A stretch of DNA of 63,986 nt, filler included, from Licmophora abbreviata (Eukaryota), in assembly GCA_900291995.1 (NCBI GenBank). It is 17 parts of 17 records of this genome, joined end to end, with 100 filler letters (N's around TTAATTAATTAA, not from the genome) between each part and the next. Parts side by side here need not be neighbours in the genome. Positions count along the whole stretch, not along the records: positions 20,298 to 28,545 come from OLMU01001081.1; positions 28,646 to 36,343 come from OLMU01001082.1; 15 more parts are not named here. One strand, given 5' to 3'. Below the pieces are notes generated by a model. The model was not told the DNA's origin. It worked only from the letters and a program-made list of their open reading frames with translations, and searched no databases. A program made the position numbers and the translations under genes. Shown in pieces: positions 21,597-31,075 of this stretch (its first letter is position 1; the number at the start of each line of letters is the position of its first letter).

Positions 21597-22496
21597 ATGA
21601 TGCCGCACGATCACAGCCATGTCCCGGATCTGCAGGGCGACCGGCGCGTCGCCTGGGCCGTTGCGGTCAATATCGTGCTGACCCTTGTGCAGATCGGCGC
21701 GGGTGTCGTTTCGGGCTCTCTGGCGCTTGTTGCCGATGCGGTTCACAATCTGAGCGATGCGCTGTCGCTGGTCATCGCCTTTGCCGCGCGGCGGATCGGG
21801 CGGCGTCCACCGGATGCCAGCATGACGTTCGGCTATGGCCGGGCCGAGGTGGTGGCGGCACTCATGAATTACACGACATTGATCGTCATCGCGGTCTTTC
21901 TGCTGGCCGAAGCGGTGCAGCGGGCCATCAACCCAAGTGGTGTCGAGGGATGGATCGTTGTCGTGGTCGCGGGCGTGGCGCTGGTCATCGACACGCTGAC
22001 CGCATGGCTGATCCACGGCATGTCACGGGACAGCATGAACATCCGCGCGGCCTTCTTGCACAATCTGGCCGATGCTATGGGATCGCTTGCGGTCATCGTC
22101 GCGGGCACACTGATCCTGCTTTATGACTGGCGGCTGATCGACCCGCTGGTGACTGTGCTGATCGCGGGCTACATCCTTTTTCATGCGGCCAAGGGTATTC
22201 GTCCGGCCATCCATGTGCTGATGCTGGGCAGTCCCGACAGCCCCGCGCTGCACGAGGTGGCGGGCGCCCTGTGCGACATGGACGGCATCGAGGGCGTACA
22301 TTCGGTGCATCTGTGGCGCATGCAGGAACATGAAAACGCGTTTCAGGCCCATGTCGTCATGGCACCCGGCGCCGATGCCATGGCCCTGAGGGCGCAGATC
22401 AAGGACAAACTGGCGGATCGTTTCGGCATTCACCACGCCTCGATCGAGATCGAGACCGCAAATGCTCAATGCCGTGATCCGGGTCTGATCGGCTGA
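21597..22496 (+). CDS. Cation diffusion facilitator (CzcD/ZitB-like Zn/Co/Cd efflux)
   Basis: SLALVADAVHNLSD, TFGYGRAE, AFLHNLAD, HLW; His-containing N-terminus. Confidence 0.92.
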   Translation: MMPHDHSHVPDLQGDRRVAWAVAVNIVLTLVQIGAGVVSGSLALVADAVHNLSDALSLVIAFAARRIGRRPPDASMTFGYGRAEVVAALMNYTTLIVIAVFLLAEAVQRAINPSGVEGWIVVVVAGVALVIDTLTAWLIHGMSRDSMNIRAAFLHNLADAMGSLAVIVAGTLILLYDWRLIDPLVTVLIAGYILFHAAKGIRPAIHVLMLGSPDSPALHEVAGALCDMDGIEGVHSVHLWRMQEHENAFQAHVVMAPGADAMALRAQIKDKLADRFGIHHASIEIETANAQCRDPGLIG

Positions 22497-22536
22497 CAGG
22501 GGCATCGTCGAGCCGCCGTTCTGCCATCCGATCACA

Positions 22537-22576
22537 TTTTAATCTTTCGTTCATCTTTGGCTCATGCGGCAGTCAG
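22537..22576 (+). promoter_or_regulatory. OmpR/PhoB-type direct-repeat box array
   Basis: TTTTAAT-CTTT-CGTTCAT-CTTT-GGCTCAT-GCGG-CAGTCAG: four PHO-box-like heptamers with exact 11-bp period, about 70 bp before the next ATG. Confidence 0.55.
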
Positions 22577-22642
22577 GCTCGGTCCTTAACTGATAGTCAT
22601 GTCGTGCGGATGGTCCGTGCGTAATCATAAGGAAAATACACC

Positions 22643-23209
22643 ATGAAATCAGTTGTTTCGGCAGTCGCTGCTGCATCCTTTTTCACGGTTTCGGCAAGCG
22701 CCGCGCTGGCCGTTGAAGCCACGATGATCGACACCACCATCACCCAAGCCGAGGTCGAGGCCGCGCAGGTGGCTTGGGGCGAGGCGCTTGTTCAGATCTC
22801 GAATGACTACGCCGAAGGCGGCATCGACAAGGCGCGCGCCACAGCCGAGGCCGTGATCGAGGCGGCCTATGGGTACGGTATCGGTCCGGTCCTGTTCAAG
22901 CCGACGCTGGCCTCGGCACCGCAGACATTCCGCACGACGTCCGAGGGCGCGCTGGCCTATTTCGTCGGTCATGATGAGAACTTTCCCGGCGATTCCGGTT
23001 TTGCTCTGAAGGGCTGGACCGCGGTGGAAATCGAGAATGCCGCCATCTTCATCAGCGGTGACACAGCCCAGACCATCGGCAATGTCCACATCACCGACAC
23101 GACAGGCGCGGTGACGACCGTCGACAAGACGTGGGGCTATCAGCGCGATGACGAGGGCAACCTGCGGATCGTGCTCCATCACTCATCGCTGCCGTTCAGC
23201 GCAAACTGA
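22643..23209 (+). CDS. Secreted COG4337-family protein, putative iota-class carbonic anhydrase
   Basis: Sec signal ending ALA; VLFKPTLA, GALAYFVG, DSGFALKGW and C-terminal LHHSSLP motifs; RBS TAAGGA. Confidence 0.75.
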   Translation: MKSVVSAVAAASFFTVSASAALAVEATMIDTTITQAEVEAAQVAWGEALVQISNDYAEGGIDKARATAEAVIEAAYGYGIGPVLFKPTLASAPQTFRTTSEGALAYFVGHDENFPGDSGFALKGWTAVEIENAAIFISGDTAQTIGNVHITDTTGAVTTVDKTWGYQRDDEGNLRIVLHHSSLPFSAN

Positions 23210-23216
23210 TCGCGCC

Positions 23217-23969
23217 TTACGGCGCGTCCACCCCGTCTCCACTCGTGTCTAAATCCCCGGCATGGTGGGGGCGGGGTCCGGTTATCCGGTACCCAAGCCC
23301 GCGTACTGCGGTAATCGCCACATCCGGGTCAAGCTGGACGATCTTGCGACGCAGGCGGCTCACATAGACATCGACGATATTGGTCAGCGGATCGCGATCC
23401 GCCTGCCAGACTCGCGACAGGATACGTTCGCGGCTGACGGTGGCTCCATTCGCGGTCACCAACAATTCCATCAGCGCCATTTCCCGCGCGCTGAGGATGG
23501 TTTCGATGCCGGCGCTGCGCAGACCCGGCAATTGCCGGTCCAGCGTGATCGTTCCGATGCTCGTGGACTTCGCGGCCGCCGGAGTCCGGCCACGTCGCAT
23601 CAGCGCTTCGATCCGCGCCAGAAGTTCGTCGAAATCGAAGGGTTTCGTCAGGTAGTCATCTGCGCCGCGCCGAAGCCCATCCACCCGCTCATGGCTTTCC
23701 CCCATTGCGCTCAGCATCAGGACAGGCACATGATGGCCGCGCTGCCGGAGCATCTGGCACAGGGTCAGCCCGTCCAGCTCGGGCAGAAGCACATCCAGAA
23801 CAACCACACCCGCGCTTTGCTGACTGGCGCAGCCGCGCGAAAATGTTTCGGCAGCCGCCAATCCGGCGCGTCCGGTCCGAACCCATTGCACGCCATATCC
23901 TTCGGCCTGAAGGCCGCGCATCACGAAATCGGCCACGCGGGCGTCATCCTCGATCAGCAGAATGTCCAT
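23217..23969 (-). CDS. OmpR-family response regulator
   Basis: ILLIEDD, LDVLLP, GADDYLTKPF, winged-helix DVYVSRLRRK...VRGLGY. Confidence 0.92.
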   Translation of the reverse strand: MDILLIEDDARVADFVMRGLQAEGYGVQWVRTGRAGLAAAETFSRGCASQQSAGVVVLDVLLPELDGLTLCQMLRQRGHHVPVLMLSAMGESHERVDGLRRGADDYLTKPFDFDELLARIEALMRRGRTPAAAKSTSIGTITLDRQLPGLRSAGIETILSAREMALMELLVTANGATVSRERILSRVWQADRDPLTNIVDVYVSRLRRKIVQLDPDVAITAVRGLGYRITGPRPHHAGDLDTSGDGVDAP

Positions 23970-25614
23970 GTACCTCTTTCTCCTCCTGGTCGGGCCTGTC
24001 ATCCGTCACCGCCAGAGGCAGGCCGACAATGGCGATGACCCCTTGCCCGTCGGGCCCGCCCCGTATCTCGAGCACGCCGCCCTGCGCGTGTGTCAGCTGC
24101 CGCGCGATGGCCAGCCCAAGTCCCAGCCCGTCCGGTCGGTGCATCCGCGCGCCCTCGGACCGCCAACCGCGATCGAACACCCTGTCCAGATCGTCGGGAT
24201 CGATGCCGATTCCCTGATCGCTGATCTGGATCTCCAGCCGATCCGGGGACTCCTGCGCCACCGCAAGGCGCACCGTGCCGCCGGGATGCGAATAGCGCAG
24301 CGCGTTGTCCAGAAGGCAGCCGAGCACCTGCCTCAGCCGCGCAGGATCGGCCCGCAGCGTCACGTCGCAATACGGATCGGGGCCTTGCAAGATCACCTCG
24401 CGCTCTCGGGCAAGGCTCTGCGCCGTTTCAAACACCGGGCCGATCACATCTGCCAGCCCGATGTCGCGCGCCGCAATCAGGGGCTGGCCCTTGGGGTCGC
24501 GCACAAGAACCAGCAGATCCTCGATCAGATGTCCCATCTGGCGCGTGACGCCGACAATCCGCTCAAGTGCTGTGCGATAGGTCTGCGGGCTCGCTGCCTT
24601 GTGCCGCAACGCGACCTGCGCCTCGCCCCGGATCACGGTCACGGGCGTGCGCAATTCGTGACTGATATCGGCAAGCAACTTTTGTCGTGCCCCTTCCGAG
24701 GCGGCCAGTTCATCAAGCGTGCGCCGCAGTTCCGCGGTTCGCGCGGCCACGGTCCGTTCCAGTTCGGCGCGGTTCTGCTGACCGCGCGCACGGGCGGCTT
24801 CGACTTCGGTGGCCATGGCGTTCAACTGCTGGCCGAGGGTTACGAACTCGGTGTCGCGGAACCGGTCGAACCGATAGGTGAAATCGCCCTCCTGATAGGC
24901 GCTTAGCCCGTCTTCGAGATGTTTCAGCGGCTGACGCAGCCGGCGAGCCAGAAGGACGGCCATGATGAACGTGGCCACAAATCCGAAGCTGCCCGCCGTC
25001 ACGAACAGACCGCGCGCCGCAGACAGGCCGTCATCCGCTCGGGTTCGTTCCCGGTCAAGCGCTGCGGCCTCAACCGCCAGCGCGTCACGCAGCGCATCAG
25101 CCAAAGGCACGCCACGCAACTGGTCGAAATCCGCGTCGATGACCGCCATCGGCCATGTCTGGCTGTCATCCTGTATCAGCAAGCGCGCTGTTTCGCGGTC
25201 CAGCTTGCCGACCACGTCGTTGAGAAAATCCAGCAATCCAAGCCGTTGGGCGTGTTCATCCAGAACCTTGCCGCGCTCCAGGTCCAGCTGCGCGGCACGC
25301 TCGGCCTTGTCGGCGATGCGGGTGATCTGGGCGCGCATCCGCATGAGGCTGGCATCCCGCTGGCCCGGGTCGGCCACCTGATCCAACGCCTGCTGATAGC
25401 TCCATTTCCGCAGGCTGGCCTTTTCAAGGTCGAACTCCAGAAGGCTTGTGTAGATGTCGCTTGCGATCCTGCCACGTTCGACTCTGTATTGCGACTGCGC
25501 CAGAACCTGCCAGCCCAGCCATGCAAAGATCACCGCCGGCGCGGCAAGCCCGACCATTGCAAGCTGCAATTGCGCCGCGTAGCTCAATGTCCTGTGAGGC
25601 CCAAACCCTGTCAT
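23944..25614 (-). CDS. Membrane sensor histidine kinase (2 TM, periplasmic helical domain, HAMP, HisKA, HATPase)
   Basis: SHELRTPVT, LLDNALRY, DQGIGI, GLGLGL; overlaps the response regulator start; start codon uncertain. Confidence 0.9.
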   Translation of the reverse strand: MTGFGPHRTLSYAAQLQLAMVGLAAPAVIFAWLGWQVLAQSQYRVERGRIASDIYTSLLEFDLEKASLRKWSYQQALDQVADPGQRDASLMRMRAQITRIADKAERAAQLDLERGKVLDEHAQRLGLLDFLNDVVGKLDRETARLLIQDDSQTWPMAVIDADFDQLRGVPLADALRDALAVEAAALDRERTRADDGLSAARGLFVTAGSFGFVATFIMAVLLARRLRQPLKHLEDGLSAYQEGDFTYRFDRFRDTEFVTLGQQLNAMATEVEAARARGQQNRAELERTVAARTAELRRTLDELAASEGARQKLLADISHELRTPVTVIRGEAQVALRHKAASPQTYRTALERIVGVTRQMGHLIEDLLVLVRDPKGQPLIAARDIGLADVIGPVFETAQSLAREREVILQGPDPYCDVTLRADPARLRQVLGCLLDNALRYSHPGGTVRLAVAQESPDRLEIQISDQGIGIDPDDLDRVFDRGWRSEGARMHRPDGLGLGLAIARQLTHAQGGVLEIRGGPDGQGVIAIVGLPLAVTDDRPDQEEKEVHGHSADRG

Positions 25615-25805
25615 GCGCGCCGCCCTGTCGCCCGTTGTGCCTGTGGTGCAGGCCATGTTCGGGCTGTCTCTCGTTGTGCGACGCTTCAGGCTGTACATAG
25701 CCTCTCAACACACCGCTCAAATTACCGGATAACCTTACCAGCCGCCCGAGGCGTCTGGCAATCTCGGCGAGACATTGGGGCAGGTGCCGCCCTGCCGCCC
25801 GCGCC

Positions 25806-26399
25806 TCAAAGGTCAGGCAGGTCCGCCTCGGGGATCATACGAAAGAACATGCCCCCGGACCACAACCCGAACCAGCCATCCGACACCTCGCCGATCTCGG
25901 CCAAGCGGTAAAAGCTCTTGCGGTCGATCAGCGCCTCCAGCCCGTCCCGGATCATCACATATGGTGACGGCTCACCGCTGTCAGGGTCACGCTCCACCCG
26001 GATCGGGTTTTCGGGGCCGGCCACGACCTTGTCACCGATATTGGTCTCGAAAATCAGGTCCTGCTGCGGGCCGCTGCCCTCGGCCTCGACATCGACCGCC
26101 ACGAAGGGCGCGTCCTCGACCGTGATTCCCACCTTTTCCACCGGCGTGACAAGGTAATACCGATCCCCTTCGCGGCGCAGGATTCCCGCGAACAGCTTCA
26201 CGAGACCCGCCCGGTTGATCGCGCCACCCTCGTGATACCATGTCCCGTCGCGCGCGATTCGGATATCCAGATCACCGCAATAGGGCGGGCTCCATTGATG
26301 AACGGGAGGCAAACCCTTGCCTTGCGCCGCCCTGACCGAGGCGGCAAGACTGTCCACTGACAGCGTCGTGATCGTATCGTTGCTCATTACTTTTGCCAT
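25806..26399 (-). CDS. DUF1285 domain protein
   Basis: PPVHQWSPPYCGDLDIRIARDGTWYHEG, LVTPVEKVGITVEDAPF. Confidence 0.88.
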   Translation of the reverse strand: MAKVMSNDTITTLSVDSLAASVRAAQGKGLPPVHQWSPPYCGDLDIRIARDGTWYHEGGAINRAGLVKLFAGILRREGDRYYLVTPVEKVGITVEDAPFVAVDVEAEGSGPQQDLIFETNIGDKVVAGPENPIRVERDPDSGEPSPYVMIRDGLEALIDRKSFYRLAEIGEVSDGWFGLWSGGMFFRMIPEADLPDL

Positions 26400-26456
26400 T
26401 TCGGTTTCGCGCGATACACTCTTAAGGGAAGATATAGTCCCGACAGGAGTTTTGCC

Positions 26457-27464
26457 ATGACCGATGACGCCGATCTGCTTGCCGGTATTGAAGCGCTGGA
26501 AGACAAACTGGCGCAGGCGCGCGCCTCGATCACCCGCCGCTTCATCGGACAGGAGCGGGTGGTCGACCTGTCCCTGTCGGCGCTTTTATGCGGTGGCCAT
26601 GGGCTTCTGATCGGCCTTCCGGGTCTGGGCAAGACGCGGCTGGTGGAAACGCTCAGCACGGTGATGGGTCTCAATGCCAATCGCGTCCAGTTCACGCCCG
26701 ATCTGATGCCGGCCGACATTCTGGGCTCAGAGGTGCTGGAAACCGCGGCAGATGGCGGGCGGGCGTTCAAGTTCATACCCGGCCCGATCTTCTGCCAGCT
26801 GCTGATGGCCGACGAGATCAACCGCGCCAGCCCCCGGACGCAATCGGCGCTGCTGCAGGCGATGCAGGAACGACAGGTCACCGTCGCCGGCGAGGATCGG
26901 CCCCTCGATGCGCCGTTCCATGTGCTCGCCACGCAGAATCCCATCGAACAGGAAGGCACCTATCCCTTGCCCGAGGCGCAGCTTGACCGCTTTCTGGTGC
27001 AGATCGACGTGCCCTATCCCGACCGCGACACCGAGCGTGGCATCCTGTTGGCCACCACCGGAGCCGAAGAGGCGACGTCCCATCAGGTGTTCGACGCAGC
27101 CCAGCTGATCGCGGCGCAAAAGCTGCTGCGCCGGATGCCCGTGGGGGAATCGGTGGTCGAGACGATCCTCGATCTGGTGCGCGCGTTCCGTCCCGAAGAC
27201 GCAACTGCCACCGACGCCGTCCGCAAGGATGTCGCATGGGGCCCCGGTCCTCGTGCAGCACAGGCCCTGATGCTGACGGTACGCGCGCGGGCCATGCTGC
27301 AGGGCCGTCTGGTGCCCGACCTCGACGATGTGGCGGCGATGGCGCAGCCGGTGCTTGCGCATCGCATGGCATTGAATTTCGCGGCTCGCGCCCGTGGCGA
27401 AAGCCTTGAAGGCCTGATCGCCGAAACCGTCTCGCAGATCACACGGGTCGAGGCCGCAGCGTGA
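26457..27464 (+). CDS. MoxR-family AAA+ ATPase
   Basis: GLPGLGKT, QFTPDLMPAD, ADEINRA, TQNPIEQEGTYPLPEAQLDRF. Confidence 0.95.
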   Translation: MTDDADLLAGIEALEDKLAQARASITRRFIGQERVVDLSLSALLCGGHGLLIGLPGLGKTRLVETLSTVMGLNANRVQFTPDLMPADILGSEVLETAADGGRAFKFIPGPIFCQLLMADEINRASPRTQSALLQAMQERQVTVAGEDRPLDAPFHVLATQNPIEQEGTYPLPEAQLDRFLVQIDVPYPDRDTERGILLATTGAEEATSHQVFDAAQLIAAQKLLRRMPVGESVVETILDLVRAFRPEDATATDAVRKDVAWGPGPRAAQALMLTVRARAMLQGRLVPDLDDVAAMAQPVLAHRMALNFAARARGESLEGLIAETVSQITRVEAAA

Positions 27465-28339
27465 CCGACGCCGCCCATCTTCGCGCCAGGTCCGAGGCCG
27501 AAGCCGCCCCGCTGCCGCCGCTTCTGGCGCGGGCCGAGCATTTGGCCGGGACCGTGCTTTTGGGCGAACATGGGCGCAGGCGTGCGGGCATGGGCAATGA
27601 TTTCTGGCAATACCGCCCGGTGATGCCGGGCGACGCGCGCCGCGACATCGACTGGCGCCGCTCGGGCAAGTCCGATGCGCAATTCGTGCGGCAACTGGAA
27701 TGGCAAATCGCGCAAAGCGTGATGATCTGGGTGGATGACGCGGCCTCGATGCGGTTTTCCTCGGATGCGAGCCTGCCCGAAAAGGCGGATCGCGCGCGGG
27801 TTCTGGCGCTTGCGGTGTCGATCCTGCTCAACCGCGCGGGCGAACGCGTAGGCCTGACCGGTCAGGCCCTGCCGCCGCGCCGGGGGGAAACCCAGATCCT
27901 CCGGCTGGCCGAGGCGCTCACGCAAGAGAGCGATGAGGATTACGGCACGCCCGACCTGAACGGCCTTCTGCCGCATGGCCGCGCGCTCTTCATCTCGGAT
28001 TTCCTCGGCTCCATCGATGCCGTGCGCGCCGCCTTGACCAGCGCCGCCGATCGTGGCGTTCAAGGTGTGCTTCTCCACCTTCTGGACCCCGCCGAAGAGG
28101 CGTTTCCCTATCGTGGGCGCACCATATTCGAAAGCATGGGCGGCACCATGGCGCATGAAACGCTCAAGGCGTCGGACCTGCGTGACCGGTATCTCGAACG
28201 GCTGGCCGAGCGTAAGGCCGAGCTGCAATCGCTTTGCGCAGCAACCGGCTGGCATTACGGGCTGCACCACAGCTCTGATCCCGCGCAATCGGCGCTGTTG
28301 TGGCTCTATCGCGCCTTTGACGGGGGGATGTCGCGATGA
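27461..28339 (+). CDS. DUF58 domain protein
   Basis: FWQYR..PGD.R.IDWRRS, FISDF; GTGA coupling to the MoxR gene. Confidence 0.9.
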   Translation: MTDAAHLRARSEAEAAPLPPLLARAEHLAGTVLLGEHGRRRAGMGNDFWQYRPVMPGDARRDIDWRRSGKSDAQFVRQLEWQIAQSVMIWVDDAASMRFSSDASLPEKADRARVLALAVSILLNRAGERVGLTGQALPPRRGETQILRLAEALTQESDEDYGTPDLNGLLPHGRALFISDFLGSIDAVRAALTSAADRGVQGVLLHLLDPAEEAFPYRGRTIFESMGGTMAHETLKASDLRDRYLERLAERKAELQSLCAATGWHYGLHHSSDPAQSALLWLYRAFDGGMSR

Positions 28340-31075
28340 TGCTGGGGCCCATCGGATTTACCGCGCCCTGGCTTCTGCTCGCGCTGGCCGCGCTGCCGAT
28401 CCTGTGGATCCTGCTGCGCGCCGTGCCGCCCGCACCGATCCGGCGCCGATTTCCCGGCGTGGCGCTGCTCCTTGGGCTGAACGACGACGACACCGTGACC
28501 GACCGCACGCCGTGGTGGCTTTTGCTGTTGCGGATGCTGGCGGTGNNNNNNNNNNNNNNNNNNNNNNNNNNNNNNNNNNNNNNNNNNNNTTAATTAATTA
28601 ANNNNNNNNNNNNNNNNNNNNNNNNNNNNNNNNNNNNNNNNNNNNGGGCTCCTGTCCGAGGCGGGCCGCGCCTCAAGGCCCGTCGCGATCCTGCGCCTGA
28701 CCGATCCCGAACCTGTCACCTTCCGCTCGGCCGAAGACCGGCGCAGCCGTTTGTCCGGGCTGGCGCCCGATCCTTGGGCGCCCACCCCCGCCATGATGCA
28801 GGATGCTCTGGCGATGCTGGGCACGCAGGAGTTTGAAACACGATGGTTTTCCGACGGGCTGTCGCGTCCTGGCCGCGATGCGCTGCTCTCAGAACTCGAG
28901 CGGCGCGGGCCGGTGACCGTGCATGAAAGCCCTGCACCCATCATCGCCTTGAAACCGGCGGTGATCGAGGACGGGATCGTGCAACTCAGCGCGCTGCGCG
29001 CCACCCCCGGTGCTGCGCGCGACATCACGCTCGAGGCGCATGGCCGCGATCCGCAAGGTGTGCCGCGTCTGTTGGCGACCTTGCCGATCACCTTCGAGGA
29101 AAGCGCCCTTGAGGCGTCCGGCGAATTGTCCTTGCCCGGTGAATTGCGCGGTCGTCTGACCCGGTTCGAGATCGCGGGGCAGGGCACCGCTGGCGCCGTC
29201 AGCCTGACCGATGACAGCCTCAAGCGCCGCGAGGTCGCTCTGATCGCCGGGCGCGAAGATCGCGAGGGGCTCGAACTTCTGTCGCCGCTTCATTACCTGG
29301 AACAGGCGCTGTTGCCGTCGGCCGATCTGCTGGATGGCGCGCTGATGGATATCCTTCCCGCCAACCCCGACGTTATCGTGCTGGCCGATGTCGCCGTTCT
29401 GTCCGCTGCCGAGCAAGAGGCCCTGCTGGACTGGCTGGATAAGGGCGGGCTTCTCTTGCGGTTCGCCGGTCCGCGCCTTGCCGCGTCGGATGTGTCGCGC
29501 GACAGTGAAAGCCCGCTCCTGCCGGTGCGCCTGCGGGCCGGTGGGCGCACCGTCGGCGGCGCCATGAGCTGGGGCGAGCCGAAGACGCTTGCGCCCTTCC
29601 CCGATGACAGCCCCTTTGCCGGGCTGAGCATTCGCGATGATGTGACTGTCTCGGCGCAGGTCATGGCACAGCCCGATCCAACCCTTGCCGAGCGCGTGAT
29701 CGCGCAGCTGACCGACGGCACCCCGTTGGTCACCCGCAAGCGCGTCGGCGCAGGGCAGGTTGTGCTGTTCCATGTGACCGCCAATGCCGAATGGTCATCG
29801 CTGCCGCTGTCGGGGCTGTTCGTGCAAATGTTGGAACGTCTGGCCGTGTCCTCGGCCGTGGCGCTGCCGGACATGGCCGAGATGCAGGGCACCACATGGC
29901 AACCCGCACAGGTACTCGATGGCTTCGGAGATTTGCGCGATGCGGGCACCTTGCCGGGGATCGCGGGCGAGCGGCTGATCACGGATGCGCTTGGCCCGGA
30001 CCTGCCACCGGGGCTCTATGATGGTCCGGACCGCCGTCTTGCGCTCAATGTCACCCGCGCCGACACCGTGCTTTCACCCGTTTCATGGCCCTCGCGCCTT
30101 CCGGTCGAGGGGCTGGCCCGTGCGCCGGAAACGCCGCTTGGCGGCTGGCTTCTGGCGCTGGCTTCGGTGATCCTGCTGGCGGATATCGTGGCGTCGCTGG
30201 CGCTGTCGGGTCGGCTTTTGCCGGCGCGTGCCGCGGGATTGGTCCTCGGAGCGGTGATGCTGCCGGGCCTGATGCTACCTGCGCCCCCCGCCGCCGCCCA
30301 AGAGGGGACGCCCTCGGCGCTGGACAAGGAACTGCTGGCTGTATCCGAAGTGGTGCTGGCGCATGTGCTCACCGGCGACCGCAGGTTGGACGACACTGCG
30401 CGCGCGGGTCTTGCGGGACTGTCGGAAACGCTGTTCTTCCGCACCTCGGTGGAGCCGTCCGAGCCGATCGGCGTCGATCTGGAAACCGATGAACTGGCGG
30501 TTTACCCGTTCCTCTACTGGCCCGTGACCCCCGAACAGCCAATCCCCTCGCAAGAGGCCTATGCCAAGCTCAACAGCTATCTGCGCACCGGCGGCATGAT
30601 CCTGTTCGATACCCGTGATGCCAATGTGGCGGGGTTCGGCGCCTCCTCGCCCAATGGGCAGATGCTGCAGCGCCTGGCCCAACCGCTCGATATCCCGCCC
30701 CTCGAACCGATCCCCGACGACCACGTGCTGACGCGCACCTTCTATCTCCTGCAGGATTTTCCCGGTCGCCATTCCGGTCGCCCCGTCTGGGTCGAGGCCG
30801 CACCCGCCGATGCTGAACGGATCGAAGGCATGCCGTTCCGCAATCTCAACGATAACGTGACCCCGGTGGTGATCGGTGGCAATGACTGGGCGGCGGCCTG
30901 GGCGATGGACAATCGCGGCGCGCCGCTCTTTCCCGTCGGGCGCGGCTATGCCGGGGAACGGCAGCGTGAACTGGCCTATCGCTTCGGGGTGAACCTCATC
31001 ATGCATGTGCTGACCGGCAACTACAAATCCGATCAGGTGCATGTCCCCGCACTTCTGGACAGGCTGGGCCAATGA
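28336..31075 (+). CDS. BatA-N / DUF4159 domain membrane protein (interrupted by linker 28546-28645)
   Basis: BatA-like N-terminus F.APW.LLAL; DUF4159 C-terminus YPFLYWP, LTGNYKSDQVH. Confidence 0.85.
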
